Notes under the pieces: model-generated
Databases searched by the model: none
Told to the model about the DNA's origin: nothing
Seen by the model: only the letters and a program-made list of their open reading frames with translations
Assembly: GCA_965644295.1 (NCBI GenBank)
Contig: CBFFRP010000319.1
Span: 115,610-179,609, forward strand
Origin: Paraphysomonas bandaiensis
Lineage: Eukaryota; Protista; Chrysophyceae
DNA length: 64,000 nucleotides
Direction of reading: 5' to 3'
Shown here: positions 50,021 to 62,000 of the stretch, piece by piece
Numbering within the stretch: position 1 is the stretch's first letter
Layout: each line of letters begins with the position of its first letter
Translations under genes and position numbers: made by a program

Positions 50021-53000
50021 ATGACACCTCTAATGCTGACTTTACTTCTTCTTTTGTGTTGTATAGCCATAAGAGGAGAATCAGACCAGTTTCGTTACTT
50101 CAAGCTTTCACTGTATCATTCTAATGCACATAGTTATCTTTTAAATAGCACAACTTTCTTAACGAAATCCATCAATAGACGTCCACATCGTTCGAATGGT
50201 CAATATGAGAGCGAACATTACTTAGCGTGTAATTCATACGTAACAGCTCGTGAAACGCTTTCAAATTTCAAGAGATTGTATGGTGATAGTAATGTAAAAA
50301 CAATTTACATGTCCCGAAACGAGAACATATCTTGTTTCATTGTTTATGCTGAATCATCAACCCGCACATCATATATATCGCCGTATCTGTCGTCATTGAA
50401 GACGTGGTCGCGTATACCACACGAATTCAAAGTGGCCGGCTCTCTTACATCAAGGTATGAGATGCTACGAAACGAAGAGTCCAAGTCATCTGTTGGATCA
50501 TCATGGACTAATGGTGTAAATAGCATTGCATTGGAGGTGATGTTTGGGTTGGGCGATGTGTCTAGAAACCATAAGACCGAATACATTCAGCAGAGAATTA
50601 GAAACATCAGATCAATACTCAACGGCGACGTTTCCAGTTATTTGCATGTCATGGCGTCGACTTATCGTGACACGTCGTCATTCAGCAATATGTGGACGTC
50701 ATCTTCTGATGAACTTTATGGCATTAGTTCAGACTCTGTAATTGAATCATGTCACTTTGAAAAGCTAGATGTTACAGCTACTTCTGGGTCCACGGTAGTT
50801 GTTAGCGATGCCAGGTTAAGCCAGAAAACCAAAAATAGTACGGGGCTTCATTCTATATCCAGAGCGAGCTGCTTGTCTGCTCTTGTTGCCGCGTTAGTAC
50901 ATACAGCAGGCTGTCTGCATGTCTCGGAACAGTCAGAAATTGAACTTTTTAACGACAACGTCAACACAGCATTACAGAGTGGAGAATTTGACGGAATGAA
51001 GATTTATCACAGCGCCGGACTACGAGGACATGGAGTAGTTGTTGGAATTGCAGGTATGGCCACTTTTCTGTGTATGTTGATTTTAATACTCGCATGTGTG
51101 TGATTTCATGCAGATACTGGTGTTGACGAATTGAGTTGCTTCTTCTCCAATGACGACTTGTCGTTAGTGGCGCGATCATCCCACTCCAGCCCTGTTACAG
51201 ATATGACCAAGCGTAAGATTATACAGTATGTTAACTATGCCGACTCATCTGATACGGAGTTTGGACACGGTACGCATGTGTGTGGGACACTGAACGGAGA
51301 GTATAGCTATTATCCTGATGGAGATGGAGTAGCTCCAGGCGCCAAAGTTGCTTTTTTTGATATATTTAATGAGGCATCTGGAGTAATAGACGTTGTGAGT
51401 GATCTGTACAATGATCTTTACCCTCCTGCCGCGTCGGCGGGTGCTACTCTACACTCCAATAGCTGGGGGGCGCTGTACAATGGTTATGATTCACGATGTG
51501 TTCAAACCGATGCATATCTCTATGAGAATCCTCAGTTTTTGGCATTATTTGCTGCTGGTAACTATGGTCCTGATGAGAGCACTCTGGTGGTGCCTGCTCA
51601 ATCGAAGAATGCAATTGCCGTTGGGTCTGGTGGAACTGGATATGGACAAGGTATCAACTTTGTCTCGTCATACAGCTCCGTTGGTCCGAGCTATGACAAC
51701 CGGTTTGGGATAGATGTTATTGTGCAGGGTTATGATATTTATTCTGCGTACGCATCTGGAACTGACACAGAATCTTGTTCTATCTTCTATATGTCGGGTA
51801 CATCCATGGCCACTCCAGCTGTTGCTGGTGCCGCTGCATTGATAACTCAATATTTCGTGGATCCGCTATTTTGGGAAGCGAATTGTAATCCGTTTTATTC
51901 AAACTGTCGTGCCTTTCAACCGTCCGGTTCACTGGTCAAGGCGATGATAATTCATTCCGGCAAGAGAATGGACCAAAATTACGATTTTCCTGGTACTGTT
52001 CAAGGATTTGGACGGGTGGACCTGTCTAGTGTTTTACTTATAGATGGAGTCACCAACTCGTATGACGTATTTATACAGGATGTTGTTGAATTATCCAGTG
52101 AGGGCATTGTGAGGTATATCGGTACTGTTACCAACGTGTCTATTCCTTTAAAAGTTACAATTGTATGGATGGACCCCACGAATTCTGTTTTTGCAGCGAA
52201 GCAATTACTGCATGATATCGACTTGCATGTTCTGGACCCTTTAGGTACAGAATGGCTTGGCAATGGAAGAAGTACTGATGAATACAACAATGTGGAAATG
52301 GTTTATATTGAGACCCCGATACACGGAAGTTATGTGATATCCATTAAATCAGGTGTCTTAACTGAATCAACAACTCAGAACATTTCAATAGTCGTCACAC
52401 TAGGTGGAACAATAACGGATACATATACCCCACCTCCAACCTGTAATATCGAGGCTATTGACTTGATTGGCGATGGATGGTGTGATTATGAAGAAAAGAA
52501 CACAGCAGAGTGTGATTGGGACGGAGGTGATTGTTGTGAAGAGACTTGTGTGTCTCGTGGTTATGAGTGCGGAAGTAATGGTTTTAACCAATGCAAAGAT
52601 CCTGCCGTAATTGGGTCAAGTAGTCCGACGATCGCTCCATCAGAGATCCAGCCCACAGCAGATCCGACGATTTCACAGCCTACTACTCCATATACCCCAC
52701 CTCCAACCTGTAATATCGAGGCTATCGACTTGATTGGCGATGGATGGTGTGATTATGAAGAGAAGAACACAGCAGAGTGTGATTGGGACGGAGGTGATTG
52801 TTGTGAAGAGACTTGTGTGTCTCGTGGTTATGAGTGCGGAAGTAATGGTTTTTTCCAATGCAAGGATCCTGCCGTAATTGGGTCAAGTAGTCCGACGATC
52901 GCTCCGTCTGACCAGCCCACAGCAGATCCAACGACTTCACAGCCTACTACTTCATATACCCCACCTCCAACCTGTAATATCGAGGCTATCGACTTGATTG

Positions 53001-56000
53001 GCGATGGATGGTGTGATTATGAAGAAAAGAACACAGCAGAGTGTGATTGGGACGGAGGTGATTGTTGTGAAGAGACTTGTGTGTCTCGTGGTTATGAGTG
53101 CGGAAGTAATGGTTTTTTCCAATGCAAGGATCCTGCCGTAATTGGGTCAAGTAGCCCGACGATCGCTCCGTCTGATCAGCCCACAGCAGATCCAACGACT
53201 TCACAGCCTACTACTTCATATACCCCACCTCCAACCTGTAATATCGAGGCTATCGACTTGATTGGCGATGGATGGTGTGATTATGAAGAAAAGAATACAG
53301 CAGAGTGTGATTGGGACGGAGGTGATTGTTGTGAAGAGACTTGTGTGTCTCGTGGTTATGAGTGCGGAAGTAATGGTTTTTTCCAATGCAAGGATCCTGC
53401 CGTAATTGGGTCAAGTAGTCCGACGATCGCTCCATCAGACCGGCCTTCTGTACTGCCAACGACTTCACAGCCTACCACTCCATATACCCCACCTCCAACC
53501 TGTAATATCGAGGCTATTGACTTGATTGGCGATGGATGGTGTGATTATGAAGAAAAGAATACAGCAGAGTGTGATTGGGACGGAGGTGATTGTTGTGAAG
53601 AGACTTGTGTGTCTCGTGGTTATGAGTGCGGAAGTAATGGTTTTTTCCAATGCAAGGATCCTGCCGTAATTGGGTCAAGTAGTCCGACGATCGCACCATC
53701 AGGCCGGCCTACATTTGATCAATCAGTGAATCCAACTGTGATTCCTACACAGTCTCCCACATCACAACCAACTGATGTTCCATCATTGGAGCCCACGAAG
53801 AGTCCAACTTCAAGCCCAACGCAAGTTCCAACACGTACACCGTCGTTGTCACCAACGCACTTTCCAACTGGTGGTCCAACTGGGGCTCCTACGAATCATC
53901 CTACTATGTTTCCAACAGTGGGTCCAACAGTAGGTCCAACATCTGTACCTAGTTTTTCTCCTTCAGTTTTTCCTACGATGAATCCATCGGTAAATCCAAC
54001 TGTGATTCCTACACAGCCTCCCACATCACAACCAACTGATGTTCCATCATTGGAGCCCACGAAGAGTCCAACTTCAAGCCCAACGCAAGTTCCAACACAT
54101 GCACCGTCGTTGTCACCAACGCACTTTCCAACTGGTGGTCCAACTGGGGCTCCTACGAATCATCCTACTATGTTTCCAACAGTGGGTCCAACAGTGGGTC
54201 CAACATCTGTACCTAGTTTTTCTCCTTCAGTTTTTCCTACGATGAATCCATCGGTAAATCCAACTGTGATTCCTACACAGCCTCCCACATCACAACCAAC
54301 TGATGTTCCATCATTGGAGCCCACGAAGAGTCCAACTTCAAGCCCAACGCAAGTTCCAACACGTGCACCGTCGTTGTCACCAACGCACTTTCCAACTGGT
54401 GGTCCAACTGCCGAGCCCACATTTTCTCCGTCTTCTATCCCAAGTTATGGACCGACACATTCGTTCGCACCCTCTTTTTCGGTGTGTTTTGATGGAGTTG
54501 ACGATGAAATTATCGATGTTGTTGTTGATGGATCATTGAAAAACGATTGGTTGGAGATCGGATCTGTGGATGTGGATGACCAAGTGTGGGTGTCACTGAG
54601 TACAACATTGTCGTCATTTGATGACGCGAGTGTGTTTGTGAGTCTTCCTGACATACCCGGAGATACATCTGATGAGGGGTATCCCGCAATAGCTCGTGTT
54701 CGCAATGTGGAAGTGTTTTCTGGTCGGGTGTCATTTGAAGTGCGTTTGTATCAGGCAAATGATAGTTTCTGTTCGAAGGAGTGGACTGTACCGACGGTGA
54801 TATCTCCACCATTGCACTTGTCTTGGTTAGTTGCTGAGCACGGTGCTTATGAGCTGTCGGGTCATTACTTTTTTGTCGGTAGTGGTCCAATAACACGGCA
54901 GGATGGTGATGTAACGAATCGCGACAATTTTGTTCGGATCAATTATCCGAGTGGTTGCGAGTCACCGGATGCTTTGTGTGCATATGACATTGATGTTGAT
55001 GTGGGTGTGATACTTCAGCTTCAGACTGTAGTGTATGACCGTTTATTGATCCCTCGTGGATTTAACATCGCGAGGCGTTTTGGTAAGTATGTACTTCAGC
55101 CCCACGACTCTGCTGATCCAAGTTACTATGTGATGTTGGAGCCTGAGACACTTTCGTATATGACTTTTGAGTTTGGGTCATCAGTGACATGTGCGGAGGG
55201 GTGGACGTTTGAGACTCATCAATTCACAGGTGTAACTAATGACTTATTACATATTGATTTTGCCAATGAGTATGTTTCATCACCGGGCGTATTTGGCGTA
55301 GTTGGTTCCTCTACAAGTTTGACGGATGGTACTGGTTTGCGCGCTTTTTCTGTCACCAGTACTGGTGTGAATATAATAACTCAAGAAGACCAATGTTTGG
55401 ACGAGGAGACGATCCATGCAACTGGCGAGACAGTCTACGTCTTTGTAATTGGTAAGAGTAAAGAACCCTTAGAATGTGTATTGTGTCGAGGTTATGCTGG
55501 CACATTGACTTCGAGTCCAACACTTATCCCGTCGACATCCCCGGCTATCCCATCTTCCACACCAACGCGATATCCGACATCTGTACCTAGTTCTTCTCCT
55601 TCGGTTTTTCCTACGATGAATCCATCGGTAAATCCAACTGTGATTCCTACACAGCCTCCCACATCACAACCAACTGATGTTCCATCATTGGAGCCCACGA
55701 AGAGTCCAACTTCAAGCCCAACGCAAGTTCCAACACGTGCACCGTCGTTGTCACCAACGCACTTTCCAACTGGTGGTCCAACTGGGGCTCCTACGAATCA
55801 TCCTACTATTTTTCCAACAGAGGGTCCAACATCTGTACCTAGTTTTTCTCCTTCAGTTTTTCCTACGATGAATCCATCGGTAAATCCAACTGTGATTCCT
55901 ACACAGCCTCCCACATCACAACCAACTGATGTTCCATCATTGGAGCCTACGAAGAGTCCAACTTCAAGCCCAACGCAAGTTCCAACACGTGCACCGTCGT

Positions 56001-59000
56001 TGTCACCAACGCACTTTCCAACTGGTGGTCCAACTGGGGCTCCTACAAATCATCCTACCATGTTTCCAACAGTGGGTCCAACAGTAGGTCCAACATCTGT
56101 ACCTAGTTTTTCTCCTTCAGTTTTTCCTACGATGAATCCATCGGTAAATCCAACTGTGATTCCTACACAGCCTCCCACATCACATCCAACTGATGCTCCA
56201 TCATTGGAGCCCACGAAGAGTCCAACTTCAAGCCCAACGCAAGTTCCAACACATGCACCGTCGTTGTCACCTACGATGAATCCATCGGTGAATCCAACTG
56301 TGATTCCTACACAGTCTCCCACATCACAACCAACTGATGTTCCATCATTGGAGCCCACGAAGAGTCCAACTTCAAGCCCAACGCAAGTTCCAACACGTAC
56401 ACCGTCGTTGTCACCAACGCACTTTCCAACTGGTGGTCCAACTGGGGCTCCTACGAATCATCCTACTATGTTTCCAACAGTGGGTCCAACAGTGGGTCCA
56501 ACATCTGTACCTAGTTTTTCTCCTTCAGCTTTTCCTACGATGAATCCATCGGTGAATCCAACAGTGGAACCCATGCAGCCCATTTTGAGCCCAACCGTAT
56601 GTCCCACACAACTTCCTTCTGTACCTCCATCTGTGAAGCCTACAGTGACCCCAACTGTTATTCCATCCAGGTGTCCCACAGTTATGCCTACGAATATTCC
56701 TAGCGCTTTACCATCCGTCATTCCTACGGTGCTACCGACACTACCAGTTACTGATGCCTGTGATGACGGTGTGGATGAGGAAATAGTGGATGTAATATCT
56801 GATACAATGCTTTCATCTGAGTGGTTGGAGATCGGATCTGTGGATGTGGATGACCAAGTGTGGGTGTCACTGAGTACAACATTGTCGTCATTTGATGATG
56901 CGAGTGTGTTTGTGAGTCTTCCTGACATACCCGGAGATACATCTGATGAGGGGTATCCCGCAATAGCTCGTGTTCGCAATGTGGAAGTGTTTTCTGGTCG
57001 GGTGTCATTTGAAGTGCGTTTGTATCAGGCAAATGATAGTTTTTGTTCGAAGGAGTGGACTGTACCGACGGTGATATCTCCACCATTGCACTTGTCTTGG
57101 TTAGTTGCTGAGCACGGTGCTTATGAGCTGTCGGGTCATTACTTTTTTGTCGGTAGTGGTCCAATAACACGGCAGGATGGTGATGTAACGAATCGCGACA
57201 ATTTTGTTCGGATCAATTATCCGAGTGGTTGCGAGTCACCGGATGCTTTGTGTGCATATGACATTGATGTTGATGTGGGTGTGATACTTCAGCTTCAGAC
57301 TGTAGTGTATGACCGTTTATTGATCCCTCGTGGATTTAACATCGCGAGGCGTTTTGGTAAGTATGTACTTCAGCCCCACGACTCTGCTGATCCAAGTTAC
57401 TATGTGATGTTGGAGCCTGAGACACTTTCGTATATGACTTTTGAGTTTGGGTCATCAGTGACATGTGCGGAGGGGTGGACGTTTGAGACTCATCAATTCA
57501 CAGGTGTAACTAATGACTTATTACATATTGATTTTGCCAATGAGTATGTTTCATCACCGGGCGTATTTGGTACGGTGACTACGTCAACAAGTTTATCTGA
57601 TAGTACAGGTTTACGAGTATTTTCTGTGAGTACAACGGGGTTGAATATGATAACTCAAGAAGACCAATGTTTGGACGAGGAGACGATCCATGCAACTGGT
57701 GAGAGAGTATCGGTATTGGTAATTGGGAAGGGGACAGGACCCGCGACATGTGTATTATGTCATGGATATGTGGGAACCTTAACAGCCTACCCATCTCAAG
57801 CGCCATCTGTGACGCTGTCCCCAACATCTCTTCCTACAGTCTCTCTTACTCCTATTCCAACAGAGGTACCAACATCTGACCCAACCCTATCCCCGACTTC
57901 ACGTCCCACTCTCTCGCCTGCATCATCTCCAGTTGTATTGAGCCCAACACCTTCCCCAAGCAGGACTCCCACGTCGAGTCCGACGGCATGTCCCACACAG
58001 CTTCCTTCTGTATCTCCATCTGTGACACCTACAGTGACCCCAACTGTTATTCCATCCAGGTGTCCCACAGTTATGCCTACGAATATTCCTAGCGCTTTAC
58101 CATCCGTCATTCCTACGGTGCTACCGACACTACCAGTTACTGATGCCTGTGATGACGGTGTGGATGAGGAAATAGTGGATGTAATATCTGATACAATGCT
58201 TTCATCTGAGTGGTTGGAGATCGGATCTGTGGATGTGGATGACCAAGTGTGGGTGTCACTGAGTACAACATTGTCGTCATTTGATGATGCGAGTGTGTTT
58301 GTGAGTCTTCCTGACATACCCGGAGATACATCTGATGAGGGGTATCCCGCAATAGCTCGTGTTCGCAATGTGGAAGTGTTTTCTGGTCGGGTGTCATTTG
58401 AAGTGCGTTTGTATCAGGCAAATGATAGTTTTTGTTCGAAGGAGTGGACTGTACCGACGGTGATATCTCCACCATTGCACTTGTCTTGGTTAGTTGCTGA
58501 GCACGGTGCTTATGAGCTGTCGGGTCATTACTTTTTTGTCGGTAGTGGTCCAATAACACGGCAGGATGGTGATGTAACGAATCGCGACAATTTTGTTCGG
58601 ATCAATTATCCGAGTGGTTGCGAGTCACCGGATGCTTTGTGTGCATATGACATTGATGTTGATGTGGGTGTGATACTTCAGCTTCAGACTGTAGTGTATG
58701 ACCGTTTATTGATCCCTCGTGGATTTAACATCGCGAGGCGTTTTGGTAAGTATGTACTTCAGCCCCACGACTCTGCTGATCCAAGTTACTATGTGATGTT
58801 GGAGCCTGAGACACTTTCGTATATGACTTTTGAGTTTGGGTCATCAGTGACATGTGCGGAGGGGTGGACGTTTGAGACTCATCAATTCGCAGGTGTAACT
58901 AATGACTTATTACATATTGATTTTGCCAATGAGTATGTTTCATCACCGGGCGTATTTGGTACGGTGACTACGTCAACAAGTTTATCTGATAGTACAGGTT

Positions 59001-62000
59001 TACGAGTATTTTCTGTGAGTACAACGGGGTTGAATATGATAACTCAAGAAGACCAATGTTTGGACGAGGAGACGATCCATGCAACTGGTGAGAGAGTATC
59101 GGTATTGGTAATTGGGAAGGGGACAGGACCCGCGACATGTGTATTATGTCATGGATATGTGGGAACCTTAACAGCCTACCCATCTCAAGCGCCATCTGTG
59201 ACGCTGTCCCCAACATCTCTTCCTACAGTCTCTCTTACTCCTATTCCAACAGAGGTACCAACATCTGACCCAACCCTATCCCCGACTTCACGTCCCACTC
59301 TCTCGCCTGCATCATCTCCAGTTGTATTGAGCCCAACACCTTCCCCAAGCAGGACTCCCACGTCGAGTCCGACGGCATGTCCCACACAGCTTCCTTCTGT
59401 ATCTCCATCTGTGACACCTACAGTGACCCCAACTGTTATTCCATCCAGGTGTCCCACAGTTATGCCTACGAATATTCCTAGCGCTTTACCATCCGTCATT
59501 CCTACGGTGCTACCGACACTACCAGTTACTGATGCCTGTGATGACGGTGTGGATGAGGAAATAGTGGATGTAATATCTGATACAATGCTTTCATCTGAAT
59601 GGTTGGAGATCGGATCTGTGGATGTGGATGACCAAGTGTGGGTGTCACTGAGTACAACATTGTCGTCATTTGATGACGCGAGTGTGTTTGTGAGTCTTCC
59701 TGACATACCCGGAGATACATCTGATGAGGGGTATCCCGCAATAGCTCGTGTTCGCAATGTGGAAGTGTTTTCTGGTCGGGTGTCATTTGAAGTGCGTTTG
59801 TATCAGGCAAATGATAGTTTCTGTTCGAAGGAGTGGACTGTACCGACGGTGATATCTCCACCATTGCACTTGTCTTGGTTAGTTGCTGAGCATGGTGCTT
59901 ATGAGCTGTCGGGTCATTACTTTTTTGTCGGTAGTGGTCCAATAACACGGCAGGATGGTGATGTAACGAATCGCGACAATTTTGTTCGGATCAATTATCC
60001 GAGTGGTTGCGAGTCACCGGATGCTTTGTGTGCATATGACATTGATGTTGATGTGGGTGTGATACTTCAGCTTCAGACTGTAGTGTATGACCGTTTATTG
60101 ATCCCTCGTGGATTTAACATCGCGAGGCGTTTTGGTAAGTATGTACTTCAGCCCCACGACTCTGCTGATCCAAGTTACTATGTGATGTTGGAGCCTGAGA
60201 CACTTTCGTATATGACTTTTGAGTTTGGGTCATCAGTGACATGTGCGGAGGGGTGGACGTTTGAGACTCATCAATTCGCAGGTGTAACTAATGACTTATT
60301 ACATATTGATTTTGCCAATGAGTATGTTTCATCACCGGGCGTATTTGGTACGGTGACTACGTCAACAAGTTTATCTGATAGTACAGGTTTACGAGTATTT
60401 TCTGTGAGTACAACGGGGTTGAATATGATAACTCAAGAAGACCAATGTTTGGACGAGGAGACGATCCATGCAACTGGTGAGAGAGTATCGGTATTGGTAA
60501 TTGGGAAGGGCACAGGACCCGCGACATGTGTATTATGTCATGGATATGTGGGAACCTTAACAGCCTACCCATCTCAAGCGCCATCTGTGACGCTGTCCCC
60601 AACATCTCTTCCTACAGTCTCTCTTACTCCTATTCCAACAGAGGTACCAACATCTGACCCAACCCTATCCCCGACTTCACGTCCCACTCTCTCGCCTGCA
60701 TCATCTCCAGTTGTATTGAGCCCAACACCTTCCCCAAGCAGGACTCCCACGTCGAGTCCGACGGCATGTCCCACACAGCTTCCTTCTGTACCTCCATCTG
60801 TGAAGCCTACAGTGACCCCAACTGTTATTCCATCCAGGTGTCCCACAGTTATGCCTACGAATATTCCTAGCGCTTTACCATCCGTCATTCCTACGGTGCT
60901 ACCGACACTACCAGTTACTGATGCCTGTGATGACGGTGTGGATGAGGAAATAGTGGATGTAATATCTGATACAATGCTTTCATCTGAATGGTTGGAGATC
61001 GGATCTGTGGATGTGGATGACCAAGTGTGGGTGTCACTGAGTACAACATTGTCGTCATTTGATGACGCGAGTGTGTTTGTGAGTCTTCCTGACATACCCG
61101 GAGATACATCTGATGAGGGATATCCTGCAATAGCTCGTGTTCGCAATGTGGAAGTGTTTTCTGGTCGGGTGTCATTTGAAGTGCGTTTGTATCAGGCAAA
61201 TGACAGTTTCTGTTCGAAGGAGTGGACTGTACCGACGGTGATATCTCCACCATTGCACTTGTCTTGGTTAGTTGCTGAGCATGGTGCTTATGAGCTGTCG
61301 GGTCATTACTTTTTTGTCGGTAGTGGTCCAATAACACGGCAGGATGGTGATGTAACGAATCGCGACAATTTTGTTCGGATCAATTATCCGAGTGGTTGCG
61401 AGTCACCGGATGCTTTGTGTGCATATGACATTGATGTTGATGTGGGTGTGATACTTCAGCTTCAGACTGTAGTGTATGACCGTTTATTGATCCCTCGTGG
61501 ATTTAACATCGCGAGGCGTTTTGGTAAGTATGTACTTCAGCCCCACGACTCTGCTGATCCAAGTTACTATGTGATGTTGGAGCCTGAGACACTTTCGTAT
61601 ATGACTTTTGAGTTTGGGTCATCAGTGACATGTGCGGAGGGGTGGACGTTTGAGACTCATCAATTCACAGGTGTAACTAATGACTTATTACATATTGATT
61701 TTGCCAATGAGTATGTTTCATCACCGGGCGTATTTGGTACGGTGACTACGTCAACAAGTTTATCTGATAGTACAGGTTTACGAGTATTTTCTGTGAGTAC
61801 AACGGGGTTGAATATGATAACTCAAGAAGACCAATGTTTGGACGAGGAGACGATCCATGCAACTGGTGAGAGAGTATCGGTATTGGTAATTGGGAAGGGC
61901 ACAGGACCCGCGACATGTGTATTATGTCATGGATATGTGGGAACCTTAACAGCCTACCCATCTCAAGCGCCATCTGTGACGCTGTCCCCAACATCTCTTC

